From Pseudomonadota bacterium (GTDB taxonomy: Bacteria; Bdellovibrionota_C; UBA2361; OMII01): 64,000 nucleotides of DNA. Under the pieces are notes generated by a model. That model did not search any database. It was not told the DNA's origin and was given only the letters and a program-made list of their open reading frames with translations. This document shows, piece by piece, positions 9,813 to 20,075 of this stretch. The stretch lies in assembly GCA_038134595.1 (NCBI GenBank), contig JAYPVM010000008.1, positions 50,011 through 114,010 on the forward strand, in the 5' to 3' direction. Each line of letters opens with the position of its first letter. Within the stretch, counting starts at the first letter, position 1. Made by a program: the position numbers and the translations under genes.

Positions 9813-12800
9813 CTACAGGGCAGGCGGGAGAACTACGATTTGGCTCAGCGACTTAGTTGATGGAGAAATTGCTTTGCTCGTAGTCCCTTGAGGTATGTGC
9901 CCGACATACAGCTTAGTTGACCTTTCATCGCTTATTGTATCAAACGGAGCTGGTTGTGTGCCAGATTGCTCAAACATCGGCATGAGGGCAGGAGAGAGGA
10001 TTTTAAGGAGTTGTGTTGCCAGTGAGCTGGTAAAGTCATAGTTTTTCGCCTCTTCTCCGGGAACATGTGCCGACAACACGCCGAAGAATCTATCACCTAT
10101 CCAAAATGTAAAGGTAGCAGTTCGATTAACGACACGAGATGTGAGGACTTTTCCACCAGGGCCGTATGTTTCAAAGCGATGATCCCCTGTTCCTGTCTTA
10201 CCGCCAACTAGGAGAGGTGTTCCGTCTGAGCGTTTGAAGGCATGAAAGACACGACGACCAGTTCCAGATCGTACAACGTCGTGCATTACGTGCCGTAGTG
10301 CTCTTGCGACCTCGGGGCGTAAGACACGCACCCCTTCATTCGAGTCGTTACGTGTCAGAGAAACCTCGAAGGGAGTTTCGGAAGCAAGATGAACCTCCTC
10401 TAATCGGACTAATGGATATTTGACTCCGTCGTTCATAATGATTCCAACGAGGTCAGCGAGTGCGATAGGACGATCTCCTGAGCTACCGAGCGCTGATGCG
10501 AGGGAGGGAACCATATAGTCAAAGGGATACCCTGTTTTTCGCCACTGTTCTAACACGTGCGTGAAGGACTCATGCTCGATGAGCGTTTGTATTCTAATGT
10601 CTTGTGCTCTTGTTTGTGGTGTGTTGAACAGCCACATATATACATGCTGGCGAATTTTTGCGCTCTCAGTCAGGACAGATTTGAGGTTTGCGCGGGGCTT
10701 TTTAGTCAGGTGTCGAACAATCCAGAGCTCCAAGGGATGAACACGAGCAATAAAAGCTCGGTCGTTTAAGGAGTAGGCATCTGGTTTTAATTCCTCATAC
10801 CACTTTTCCAAAAGCTTTTCTGGGATTTCTGAGTTGGGATTTATCTTTGATAGAAAATCCTTCAGATGCGTGATGGATTCTTTCGGATGGACAAAGCGAA
10901 ACAGGGCAGCGGCTCGACGAGGCGTTGCTCGGGAGCTAGTTGCAAAATAATAGAGGCGGTTTTTTGGCGGGTGAGAGCGGTATTTCTCGTAGAATCTCCT
11001 TAAAAAAGTCTTGCCCTCTTTATCGGCAAATTGCGAGAGAAAATGAGTTCGCATTGCTCGTTCTCCATCCTCAGACTGCGTAGAGAATGAACTTTGGATT
11101 TTGTGGGCATAGTACCGTGAGATATCCCGCATGAGCCGTACGAGGGGAAGGTTTATCGAATGAACTAATGAATCTCGTACAGTCGGGCGACGAGAATCGT
11201 CTTTATCATCGAAGTTTTCAAATCGATGAATACCACCACCTGTGAAAAATGTTTCAGCCGGATTTGCTGAATACCGTCTATCAAGTGCTGCTTCAAGTAG
11301 GCTGTCGAGGGGTACGTTTTTGTTTCGAATAAATATGTATGCTACAAATCGTGATATTGGATCGAATGAATCACTTTTTACGAGAGCTTGTAGCTCCGCA
11401 GATGATTTCTTAGAGAGCTCTTTGTGAATTTCACTAACTATATCAAGATATGTTGTTACGGTTCGTAACTTTGCAGTTGATCCTAGATCAAGTCGGGAGC
11501 CCTCGTTTATGTTAAATGGATTATCAAAATTATCCGTCTGAACGCGAAGCAGGTTTGCTGTTCCTTTTTTCTCGAAGATGGTGAGACTGTATATAACCTT
11601 TGAGGGATCCCCCTTAGCCAGGTTTCGGTACCCGTGTAATCCGAGTTGTTTGATTATTTGTGGGTCACCTAATTGGTTTAATATCCGAGTAACACGGCTT
11701 GTAGCTTGATTATCAATGGTGCTTTTTACCGTCATATCGACCTGGTCAAGGTCATAGAGACTTCGCATCTTTAGGAGGGGCAAGAGTCGGGTGCGAATTG
11801 CATTCGCGGCCTTTCGTTGAATAAAGGAATAACGGGCTCGTTGAGGTGCTGAGGTTCGTAACGAGAGGGGAAAGCCTTGCGCTTTCTTTTGTAAGGCTTC
11901 AGGAATAACATTCTCCTGAGCTAAGAGGGTAAGGTACGTATTGGTCAGTGTGTTGAGTTCGGAGATTCCCTTTAGAAGATAGAAGCTAGGTCTTCGATGA
12001 GCCAGAAAGAGACTTAATATTTGTTTGAAGTGTCTCGCTTGTGTATCCGAAATCACACGAGAGGAGGGTTTGATCTTTCGAACTAACCGATTTGTTCGCT
12101 CAAAGCTCGTGCCGTACCACGCCCACAGTCCATCGCCAAGTCCGTGCACCTCGCCGTACTGTTTTACGGCAGCAAGTGGTATTGAGTTTATATAATCTAG
12201 GATGAGACCTTTTCGAGCGTTCGATGTATTGCGTCCATTAAGATAGGATCGAATGCTCGCGGAGGCTATCTGGCGGAGTTTGTCTTGCACTCCATGAGTT
12301 CGCCCCTCGAGTGAATGTCTGTATTTTTGTAGTTGGGTGGCGATCGTACTCCCTCCGGGAGCATTAATGCTCGGATCAAAGAGCTGTTTTGCCTTCTCAA
12401 GGATCGCTTTTATGAATCTATCCCATTCAATGGCAGGATTCTTATAGGCGTATCGAGCATTAAGAGCCTCCTTGTTTTCAATAAAGAGTAACGACTGTAA
12501 AATAATTCTTGGAATATCCTCAAAGCGCTCATAGATTCTCTCTGGACGATACGCAGAGTAAATTGTTGTATTGTTTCTATCGAGGATAGTGATTCCTGTT
12601 TTTGTTTTTTCTTGGTACGGAGGATAGATGCCGTTTTGAATGAGTGTGAGCATCTCTGGAGAGAGGGAAGCTTGTTTCTCGATGGTGAAATCTGTGTGCG
12701 TTAGGTAGTCAATGAGAGCGGGGATTTTTGTATACCCTAATCTCTGGTCGTAAGGACCGTGCGATGGATACCATGTATCTGAACTAGCCTGGTGTTGTAC

Positions 12801-13016
12801 CGAGAAGGTGCTTTTCTTTGCGAGGTTGTGAAGGAGGTATGATTGCACCCGAGATGTTTTTATCTCATATCCAATTGAGCAAGTGAGCATCAAGCCTAGC
12901 AGTGTTACCGGGATCAGCCGACGAATGACTTTGTGAGACCGTTGACCCACGTTGGCCGCCGAGTGAGCAAGAGGCTCACGCCGGAGAGGTCTATTGTTGT
13001 GATTCTCATCTGTCAC
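9813..13016 (-). CDS. Large class A penicillin-binding protein (transglycosylase + transpeptidase with insertions)
   Basis: TGase motifs FIEN, GGSTIATQL, LDYIN; TPase motifs STAK, SIN, KTGT; N-terminal TM. Confidence 0.88.
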   Translation of the reverse strand: MTDENHNNRPLRREPLAHSAANVGQRSHKVIRRLIPVTLLGLMLTCSIGYEIKTSRVQSYLLHNLAKKSTFSVQHQASSDTWYPSHGPYDQRLGYTKIPALIDYLTHTDFTIEKQASLSPEMLTLIQNGIYPPYQEKTKTGITILDRNNTTIYSAYRPERIYERFEDIPRIILQSLLFIENKEALNARYAYKNPAIEWDRFIKAILEKAKQLFDPSINAPGGSTIATQLQKYRHSLEGRTHGVQDKLRQIASASIRSYLNGRNTSNARKGLILDYINSIPLAAVKQYGEVHGLGDGLWAWYGTSFERTNRLVRKIKPSSRVISDTQARHFKQILSLFLAHRRPSFYLLKGISELNTLTNTYLTLLAQENVIPEALQKKAQGFPLSLRTSAPQRARYSFIQRKAANAIRTRLLPLLKMRSLYDLDQVDMTVKSTIDNQATSRVTRILNQLGDPQIIKQLGLHGYRNLAKGDPSKVIYSLTIFEKKGTANLLRVQTDNFDNPFNINEGSRLDLGSTAKLRTVTTYLDIVSEIHKELSKKSSAELQALVKSDSFDPISRFVAYIFIRNKNVPLDSLLEAALDRRYSANPAETFFTGGGIHRFENFDDKDDSRRPTVRDSLVHSINLPLVRLMRDISRYYAHKIQSSFSTQSEDGERAMRTHFLSQFADKEGKTFLRRFYEKYRSHPPKNRLYYFATSSRATPRRAAALFRFVHPKESITHLKDFLSKINPNSEIPEKLLEKWYEELKPDAYSLNDRAFIARVHPLELWIVRHLTKKPRANLKSVLTESAKIRQHVYMWLFNTPQTRAQDIRIQTLIEHESFTHVLEQWRKTGYPFDYMVPSLASALGSSGDRPIALADLVGIIMNDGVKYPLVRLEEVHLASETPFEVSLTRNDSNEGVRVLRPEVARALRHVMHDVVRSGTGRRVFHAFKRSDGTPLLVGGKTGTGDHRFETYGPGGKVLTSRVVNRTATFTFWIGDRFFGVLSAHVPGEEAKNYDFTSSLATQLLKILSPALMPMFEQSGTQPAPFDTISDERSTKLYVGHIPQGTTSKAISPSTKSLSQIVVLPPAL

Positions 13017-13380
13017 GGTATGCTTGTGGGTGTTGCTAGCTCTTCTACTCTAAGATAGATGCTCCGGATTTCTTGTACGTTCCGAGTAAGTTAGCATACC
13101 TGTCATAAAATTAAGTGGCCAAAAATCATCCAAGGACTTGGTTGTTAAAACCGATAGGTTAGGAGGAGGAAGGGGGGGAGGGAGATTGCATCGATTTTGA
13201 GGTGTATAAGTGCCTGAAGCTACGAATGCTTGGTGGTTGTTTTTGCTCAAAACTGGGTGTGCAAATGATGTTTCATCTCTTTAGACGAGTGCTAAGAGTA
13301 TGGCAGACTCCAGCACCTGTTTCATTTTTTACCCTCTGAAAGTGTGGTGAATAGTTGTTTTGCTGACTATGATAAGAGAC

Positions 13381-14517
13381 ATGAACCATCGAGAATCACC
13401 TGAGTTTGTGCACCGACCTACCCGAATAGAGGTGTATAGAGAATCTTTGACAAACAATGTGAATGTCATTCGTAATCACGTTGGCTCTGCCAAAATTATG
13501 GCGGTTGTGAAAGCCAATGGCTATGGCCATGGGCTTGTCTCGGCGGCCTCGATACTCGCTTGTGCTGGTGTGGATTCATTTGGTGTTGCATGTATTGAAG
13601 AGGCAATAGAGCTTCGTAAATCGGGAGTGACTCTTCCCATCCTTGTGTTTGGCGGGCTGATGCAGGATCAATTAGATTTATACCTTCAGTATGATGTAGA
13701 TGTAACAGCCTCTTCTGTCAGTAAATTAGAGCAGATAGAGCAATCAGCGCTTCAAGCTGGTAGGCGAGCTCGAGTTCATCTTAAAATCGATACGGGCTTA
13801 GAGAGGATTGGAACTCACTATTATTCTGCAAAACCGCTCTTTGAATCGGCACTACGAGCTACAGGTTGTGATATTGTTGGTGTTTACTCTCATTTTGCAG
13901 ACGTCAACTCATCGGACAATTCTCTGGCAAGGCTACAGCTGGAGCGATTCCTAGAATGCATGTACTTTTATTCAGAGCGTGCACGGGCTCCATTTGTAAG
14001 ACACATTGCTAATTCCTCTGCCATTTTGGAGATGCCCGATAGTTGTTTGGATATGGTGCGGCCGGGGCTTCTTTTGTACGGGGTGACGCCACATAAAGAT
14101 CCAACGTGTCGATTAGATGTTTTGCCAACCCTCTGCCTTAAAAGTCACGTGGTGTATTTTAAAGTTGTTTTGCAGGGAGCTGGCGTTAGCTACGACCACA
14201 GCTGGCATGCTCCTCATGATACTCGGGTAGTAACGATTCCGATCGGATATGGAGATGGATTTTTGCGAGCGCTGTCGAACAAGGGGCATATTCTAGTTGG
14301 GGGCAAGCGGTGCCCCATTATTGGTAAGATATGTATGGATCAGTTGATGGTTGATCTAGGGCCGTGTGGTGAGGCGTACAATGGAGATGAGGTGGTTCTT
14401 ATTGGTAGGCAGGGTGAGAGTGATATTACGGTAAATGATCTCGCTGATTTGCTCGATACAACGCCTCATGAAATTTTAGTTTCTCTCAATCAAAGAGTTC
14501 CTCGTATAGTAATGTAG
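13381..14517 (+). CDS. alr: Alanine racemase
   Basis: AVVKANGYGHG (PLP Lys), HLKIDTG, IGYGDG, ICMDQ. Confidence 0.97.
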   Translation: MNHRESPEFVHRPTRIEVYRESLTNNVNVIRNHVGSAKIMAVVKANGYGHGLVSAASILACAGVDSFGVACIEEAIELRKSGVTLPILVFGGLMQDQLDLYLQYDVDVTASSVSKLEQIEQSALQAGRRARVHLKIDTGLERIGTHYYSAKPLFESALRATGCDIVGVYSHFADVNSSDNSLARLQLERFLECMYFYSERARAPFVRHIANSSAILEMPDSCLDMVRPGLLLYGVTPHKDPTCRLDVLPTLCLKSHVVYFKVVLQGAGVSYDHSWHAPHDTRVVTIPIGYGDGFLRALSNKGHILVGGKRCPIIGKICMDQLMVDLGPCGEAYNGDEVVLIGRQGESDITVNDLADLLDTTPHEILVSLNQRVPRIVM

Positions 14518-14534
14518 GAAGAAATTGGCGTGGA

Positions 14535-15323
14535 TTAGTGTGGTGCCGCTCGGTGTCGCACGCTGAGAATCGCACTTACGACGGCCAACTCCGACCGCAG
14601 TGTTGCGCTACCGAGTGAGAGGGGAGTGAACCCCTTTTCGTCAATTAAAGCTTGAGATTCTTCCGGAGCGAAGTCACCTTCAGGGCCAACGGCAATTATG
14701 GCCGCTTGGAGTCCTGTAGGGTCGGCAATAGCGCTCTGCAGTGTGCTTGCATGTGATTCAAGAGAGCAGATTAGGCGGGTGTCAGGTATGGAGGCTTCTA
14801 TTGAGGTGAGTGCCTCTGCAAGAGATAGGTGCACTGATACGGAGGGAAGAATGGTTTGTTTGCTCTGTTGGGCCGCGCTTTGAGCTATCTTCTGATAGCG
14901 CTCTTCTTTTCGTTTTGCATCAATACTGTTTTTTAAGCGAAGCACACTCCGACTCGACTGCCAGAATAGTATCTGAGAACAGCCGAGTTCTGTTGCCCAA
15001 TCCACTATTAATTCGTTTTTTTGTCCTTTGCAAAGAGCGATGAGAAGTCGTACATCGATGGCAATATTGCTACGAGTATTTTCGAGGGGGCGTAGGAGTT
15101 TAATTGATGCGATGTTGTTGTGGTTACACAGTATCCCCTCTGCCAGTTCGCTTGTGTCGGCACATACTACGTCAAGAGATGTGTCATACGGAAGTCGCAG
15201 GACGTTTAGAAGATGGTGAGCGTCTTCTGGTGGGAGTGGGATTATCTGAGGATTTGTATCGTCAAAACGAAAAAAAACGCCCCTCAAAAACAACCGTTGC
15301 TTTTGAGGGGCGCGAAGAGACAT
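14535..15323 (-). CDS. rsmE: 16S rRNA m3U1498 methyltransferase
   Basis: HHLLNVLRL, ATELG, AAQQS, VGPEGDF, LGSATLRSELA. Confidence 0.93.
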   Translation of the reverse strand: MSLRAPQKQRLFLRGVFFRFDDTNPQIIPLPPEDAHHLLNVLRLPYDTSLDVVCADTSELAEGILCNHNNIASIKLLRPLENTRSNIAIDVRLLIALCKGQKNELIVDWATELGCSQILFWQSSRSVLRLKNSIDAKRKEERYQKIAQSAAQQSKQTILPSVSVHLSLAEALTSIEASIPDTRLICSLESHASTLQSAIADPTGLQAAIIAVGPEGDFAPEESQALIDEKGFTPLSLGSATLRSELAVVSAILSVRHRAAPH

Positions 15324-15340
15324 AGTTGTCTTTTTCTACT

Positions 15341-15952
15341 TTATTTCTTTTTGAGGCCGAGCTGATCAAGGCGTTCTGCAAGGTAAGGAATCTTGTCATA
15401 TCCAACGATTCGCTCACCGCTTTCGAACACAAACGTTGGAGTATCGAATACGCCGAGCTTGCGTCCACGTTTGTAGAGGCCCTTGACGCGCTCTCGCGTG
15501 TCAGAGGATGAAACTTTACTCAGGAAGTCTCCGAGATCAATATCGAGGTCTTCGCAAAGCTCGGTCATAAAGGTGTCCTCGTTTGGATTCTCTCCAAGAC
15601 CCCACCATTTATCAAATACCTTAACGTTGTACTCCATAAGCACGCCGAGATCGTTTGCAATGAGTGCGCCCCGCGTGATTCGTGCTGGATCGAACTCAAC
15701 CTCTGGCCACGTATCAGGGTATGTTAGTGCTAAGCCCCGGTCTGCGGCTATGCGCTTGGTGTCTTCGTAAAGATACGAGAGCTTGTCTGGCAATACGCCC
15801 ATCTGCGGTACGGGATTGCCCGAAGCTTTTGCCGAGAAGGGTTGCCACAATAGATCTACATCGTACTTGTCCTGGATCTCATAGAGCGGATCGAGTGCAA
15901 GGTATGAATAAGGACTTTGGAATGAATAGAATATCTCTACGTTAACGGTCAT
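15341..15952 (-). CDS. 2-hydroxychromene-2-carboxylate isomerase / GST-kappa (DsbA-fold) protein
   Basis: FYSFQSPYSYL and GVFDTPTF motifs. Confidence 0.85.
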   Translation of the reverse strand: MTVNVEIFYSFQSPYSYLALDPLYEIQDKYDVDLLWQPFSAKASGNPVPQMGVLPDKLSYLYEDTKRIAADRGLALTYPDTWPEVEFDPARITRGALIANDLGVLMEYNVKVFDKWWGLGENPNEDTFMTELCEDLDIDLGDFLSKVSSSDTRERVKGLYKRGRKLGVFDTPTFVFESGERIVGYDKIPYLAERLDQLGLKKK

Positions 15953-15979
15953 AATAAATTCTCAGTAACACATTATCTA

Positions 15980-16151
15980 TCAGTGGTTTACAGCCGTGCA
16001 CACGCACCTGTGCCCCCGCACATCACTGGCTGCATCAATCGGCTTGGCGTTGAGGCGGTCGCGGGCTAACTGCTCCAAGGTCATGCCATCTAAAATCAGA
16101 CAGCATCTGGCAGAAAGGGCACCCAAGGTGTGGTGTAAACCATCGAAACTG
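15980..16151 (-). ncRNA. Candidate structured RNA or long 5' leader (unclassified)
   Basis: Ends pair (UGGUUUACA/UGUAAACCA); nested stems CACCU/AGGUG and GUGCCCUU/GGGGGCAC; internal hairpin AUGCUGUCUG/UAGAUGGCAU. Confidence 0.4.
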
Positions 16152-16157
16152 TAATGA

Positions 16158-16186
16158 AAGGTAGTCCTTCTGGGAGAAGTTTGCAA
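16158..16186 (-). promoter_or_regulatory. Putative sigma70 promoter
   Basis: Minus strand TTGCAA-17 nt-TACCTT; same -10 hexamer as upstream of rpmE. Confidence 0.55.
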
Positions 16187-16347
16187 GGATAGATTGGTAA
16201 TATTTCGGGGGCACGCTTGTCATGAGTAGTCGCAAGGCTAGTTATCTGATAGGCTGAGAAAAAACGTCGTGCAGTATCAGTTATTTAGGTGATTAATAGA
16301 CTTAGCTGGACGAGTGCCCTGAGGGATGCAGATAAACGGAGTGTAAG

Positions 16348-17256
16348 GTGTCGATTGTAGGACTTTTGGGTAAGAACGGCGCAGATAAACACGGGGATAG
16401 TAAGCCGTTGTTGTGCCTTGAGGTTAACCCACCACGAGGTGTCGATGTTGAGCCAGTCTTGGCCCGCTGTGAGCAGGCTGAAGGGGTCGATTTCTTTAAT
16501 GTCACTGATTCTGCATTGGCTAAAATGAAGCTTTCGGGATTGGCATTTGGGGCGTTGCTCAAGGAGCGTCTTGGGACCGAGCCAGTTGTAAACGTATCAT
16601 GTCGAGATAGAAATGTGATTGCTCTTCAGGGCGATCTTTTGGGCGCATGGGCGCTTGGAGTGAGGTCGATAGTTGCTTTGACTGGTGATGCCGTTACTGT
16701 GGGTGATTTGCCCGATGCTAAGGGTGTTTTCGAGGTCAACTCAATTGGACTTTTAAATCTCATCGATGGGTTGAATCGAGGTGTAGACCTTGCTGGTGCC
16801 AAGCTAAAGGGGGCAACTGATTTTGTGCCGGGAGTTGTTGTGAACCCAAATGCAAGAAATCACAACGCTGAAATTAGGCGACTTACGAGAAAGCGCGAAG
16901 CGGGAGGAAGGTACGCCCTTAGTCAGCCAGTTTTTGATGCAGACCAGGCCGAAAGTTTCTTTAGAGAAGCGCAGGCCGCCGATATCGGTCTCTTTGTTGG
17001 GCTCTTGCCCTGTGGGACGGCAAGAGCGTTTCAAGCAATGGCGAGTATTCCGGGCATCCGCGTTCCCGAACAGGTTTTAGATAAGGTAGCCACATTGGCG
17101 GATGAAGATGTTCCAAAGTATTCTGCTGATTTGGCTATGGGGATAGCTGACCGAGTGAGGCCATATGTGCGGGGATTTCACGTCATAAGTGGAGGCTCTC
17201 CAAAGCTTGCGATAGAGCTGTGCAATCGGCTATCGTCATGGATAGGAACGTTATAG
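16348..17256 (+). CDS. metF: Methylenetetrahydrofolate reductase (YitJ-type MTHFR domain, stand-alone)
   Basis: EVNPPRG, NVTDS, SCRDRN..LQGDLLGA, LTGD, SQPVFD. Confidence 0.85.
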   Translation: MSIVGLLGKNGADKHGDSKPLLCLEVNPPRGVDVEPVLARCEQAEGVDFFNVTDSALAKMKLSGLAFGALLKERLGTEPVVNVSCRDRNVIALQGDLLGAWALGVRSIVALTGDAVTVGDLPDAKGVFEVNSIGLLNLIDGLNRGVDLAGAKLKGATDFVPGVVVNPNARNHNAEIRRLTRKREAGGRYALSQPVFDADQAESFFREAQAADIGLFVGLLPCGTARAFQAMASIPGIRVPEQVLDKVATLADEDVPKYSADLAMGIADRVRPYVRGFHVISGGSPKLAIELCNRLSSWIGTL

Positions 17257-17280
17257 GTGAGAGTATAGGAGCACGGACTG

Positions 17281-17865
17281 ATGAAGCGACGAGAAGAGAT
17301 GACCTTGCTGGAAAAGATCTACGTGGTTGAAATCGCGCGGGGATTAAAGGTCACGTTCGGGAAATTATTTAGAAACTTCTGGTTGCACGTTTTGCGTGCC
17401 TTTGGAGTTGCTACTGATGAATCGCCATCAGCCGCGATTCAATATCCGAATGAGCGACGAGCGTATCCTGAACGCTATCGGGGGCGACATCGATTGACCC
17501 TCTATCCAAATGGAGATGTTAAATGCACGTCTTGTTTCTTGTGTGCTACGGCGTGTCCTGCAAAGTGTATTTACATTGAGCCCCAAGAGCATGCAGATCC
17601 TGAGGTTGAAAAGCTTCCTAAGCGCTATGAGATAGACACCCTTCTGTGTATCTACTGTGGCTACTGTGTAGAGGCGTGTCCAGTTGATGCAATAAGAATG
17701 GATACAGGGCTCCACCCAGAGGTGTATCCCCCCGATCCGCGTTTATTTATAGAAGACAAGGAAACTCTAATGGAGCGTTCGCGAGTTCTTGATGAACAGG
17801 GAGCTGAGCGGCTCTACGATCTGCATATGAAGCGGATGCAGGAGCTTGAGAAGGTCACGCTTTGA
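17281..17865 (+). CDS. nuoI: NADH-quinone oxidoreductase subunit I (2x[4Fe-4S])
   Basis: QYP.E..RYRGRH; CTSCFLCATACP and CIYCGYCVEACPVDAI. Confidence 0.92.
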   Translation: MKRREEMTLLEKIYVVEIARGLKVTFGKLFRNFWLHVLRAFGVATDESPSAAIQYPNERRAYPERYRGRHRLTLYPNGDVKCTSCFLCATACPAKCIYIEPQEHADPEVEKLPKRYEIDTLLCIYCGYCVEACPVDAIRMDTGLHPEVYPPDPRLFIEDKETLMERSRVLDEQGAERLYDLHMKRMQELEKVTL

Positions 17866-19124
17866 TGATGGGTGTGCGGTTTGCGCTCCTTTTTCTCTGC
17901 GGAGTCATTACACATTGCTTAGGGGTGTCATCGGTAGCAGCAGAGCAGTCGGAGTCTGATGGTTCCTTAGTAGACAGGCTTGATGCTGTCTCTGTGGATC
18001 GATATCGAGATAGACTTCCTCACGAGCTCTACGTTCAGGTGAAGCGAGACAAGGCATCTTTTGCTATCGGTAAGACTTCTGTTCCCAAAGCATCCTATAC
18101 CAGTTCAAAAGCTGCTGCCCCGATAAAATATGAGCTCTCTGAAGAAGGTGTTTTTTCGGCACCGGAAAAGGTGTCGTTTTCACACGCGGTGTTTGCCTCA
18201 GCTAATCTCGATCGAGGTAGTCTTGAGGCTCGGGGATATCAGATTTTATGGAACGCAAGTTCTGCATTGTGGCATCATCCAAGGATATCCCTTGAGAGTT
18301 CAGTGTATATGCACCGAGCAGGGGATGAGGAACCTAACCGGCTGGTGGTTCGGCTTGAACGGATACATCCATCGCTTTATCCAGATACGCCGGGCACGTT
18401 GGTACCGATATTTCGTGAAAAGATACAGCTTGTAAAGCCCCAAGCCCTGTCTACTCTGTCGTGGTTGACACTTCGTTTTTTTGGCTCGAGCGAGGACTAT
18501 GTATGGGTGAGTTCTCCCGCGATTAAAAAAATTCGGCAGATAACTGGCAGTAATAGGGATGACCCTATGTTTGAAGCAATGCTTGCCCCAAATGATTTTC
18601 TCGTCTGGTCTGGTAAGGTTGAAGGTGTAAAGCCGCTTGCGGTTGAGACAGCAAGGGTTTTAGTGCCGGTATATGAGGGAGAGGTAAAAAAGGGATCTGG
18701 TGATGTGAACTGTCGAGCCTATGATTTTGGAGATGATTTTAGTCGTTATCATCATAGTAGTAACTGGCTTCCGAATAGTGTGAAGTTCTACGAGCGAGAA
18801 GTTTGGAAAGTAGAGTTGGGAACTCTTGATCCATACTCAAACGATGCACAACAAGTTATCTATTTTGATAAAGAGTCTAATTTGCCAGTTTATGCGACAA
18901 GTTATTCAATAAGCGGCGCATTTCGTAGGTTTCGTATGGGAGTTCTTGGTGTTGTTGGTAGCGGCAAGGACAGGGGGCCACTCATTGTTGGGCAGATTGT
19001 TACTTCTATCCAAGGCTGGAGGATCGCGGTAAATACCGAACATGTATCATTGTGCGGTGCCGAGGATAGTAAGACAGTTTTGGCTGATTTTGACCCAGCG
19101 AGCTTTATTTCTTTTAAATCATAG
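17865..19124 (+). CDS. Exported DUF1329-like protein
   Basis: Signal peptide; EDYVWVSSPAIKKIRQI..NRDD segment and DPYS..VIYFDKE resemble DUF1329. Confidence 0.6.
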   Translation: MMGVRFALLFLCGVITHCLGVSSVAAEQSESDGSLVDRLDAVSVDRYRDRLPHELYVQVKRDKASFAIGKTSVPKASYTSSKAAAPIKYELSEEGVFSAPEKVSFSHAVFASANLDRGSLEARGYQILWNASSALWHHPRISLESSVYMHRAGDEEPNRLVVRLERIHPSLYPDTPGTLVPIFREKIQLVKPQALSTLSWLTLRFFGSSEDYVWVSSPAIKKIRQITGSNRDDPMFEAMLAPNDFLVWSGKVEGVKPLAVETARVLVPVYEGEVKKGSGDVNCRAYDFGDDFSRYHHSSNWLPNSVKFYEREVWKVELGTLDPYSNDAQQVIYFDKESNLPVYATSYSISGAFRRFRMGVLGVVGSGKDRGPLIVGQIVTSIQGWRIAVNTEHVSLCGAEDSKTVLADFDPASFISFKS

Positions 19125-19173
19125 TGTGGTTGGGATATACTTTCCCGTGGATTTTTGAAGTGAGAATCGGTGT

Positions 19174-20049
19174 ATGTCAACTACCGCAAAGCAAAATAAG
19201 ATTGAGCACTTTCTTGGTAGGGGAGGAATGCGGTGTGTTCGGCTCGTACATCCTTTAGGCGGCGAGGTTGTCGTCAGTGAGTACGGTGCGCAAGTTTTAT
19301 CGTGGGTTAGCCCTGCGGGACGGGAAGTTTTGTTTCTGAGTGAAAATGCTATCTTTGAAGATGGACATCCGATTCGGGGAGGGATTCCTATAGTTTTTCC
19401 TCAATTCAATCAGCGAGGCAGTCTCCCTCGACACGGCTTTGCTCGAACAAAACCATGGAGCATCGTTCGCCAGACCGTATCGAATGCCGATGCAGTATCG
19501 GTTACATTAAGACTTGAACCTGATGCAGATATTCGAGCGTTGTGGCCCCATGACTTCGTACTTGAATTGGATATCGTCTTAAGTGACGTCCTTTTGTTAG
19601 CGATGCGGGTTGAAAATAGGGGCGAAGATTCATTTTCATACTCCAATGCACTGCACACTTATTTACGAGTAAACGACATCTCGCAGACAAGCATTACTGG
19701 GCTAAAGGGATTTGTTGTTGAGGACTTTCTCGATGGTAACAATCGATTTATTGAGGAGCGAGAGCGTGTTGTTATCGATGGTGCCGTGGATCGGGTATAC
19801 AACGGCTCCTCTCAGGTAATTACTATTTCTGATAAGGCGGTTCCGTTCAAACACACTCTAGTCAAGGAGGGGTTTCCGGATGCGGTGATTTGGAACCCGG
19901 GATTAGAGGGCGCGCGCGAGATTCCGGACATGGCGGACCACGAGTATACTTCAATGATCTGTGTGGAATCAGGTTGTGTGATTGAGCCTCAAGCAGTTGC
20001 GCCGGGCGAGACAAAAGTTCATGTTCAGATCATGCGAGTCGTTCAATAA
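19174..20049 (+). CDS. D-hexose-6-phosphate mutarotase (YeaD-like)
   Basis: GAQVLSW, IRGGIPIVFPQF, HGFAR, ALHTY, VIWNPG, MICVES. Confidence 0.92.
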   Translation: MSTTAKQNKIEHFLGRGGMRCVRLVHPLGGEVVVSEYGAQVLSWVSPAGREVLFLSENAIFEDGHPIRGGIPIVFPQFNQRGSLPRHGFARTKPWSIVRQTVSNADAVSVTLRLEPDADIRALWPHDFVLELDIVLSDVLLLAMRVENRGEDSFSYSNALHTYLRVNDISQTSITGLKGFVVEDFLDGNNRFIEERERVVIDGAVDRVYNGSSQVITISDKAVPFKHTLVKEGFPDAVIWNPGLEGAREIPDMADHEYTSMICVESGCVIEPQAVAPGETKVHVQIMRVVQ

Positions 20050-20075
20050 GCTTGTTGTACTCGATGATTGAAGCG

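Noticed and set aside
13161..13184. G-rich tract as G-quadruplex or phase-variable switch
   Set aside because: Only three GGG runs are available and the G7 tract is short; nothing else supports it
15980..16186. 68-aa minus-strand ORF with LHH..LSAR..LDGMTLEQL resembling an Rrf2/IscR C-terminus
   Set aside because: No HTH portion; its TTG start coincides with a -35 box; the RNA-structure explanation fits better, though a remnant is not excluded
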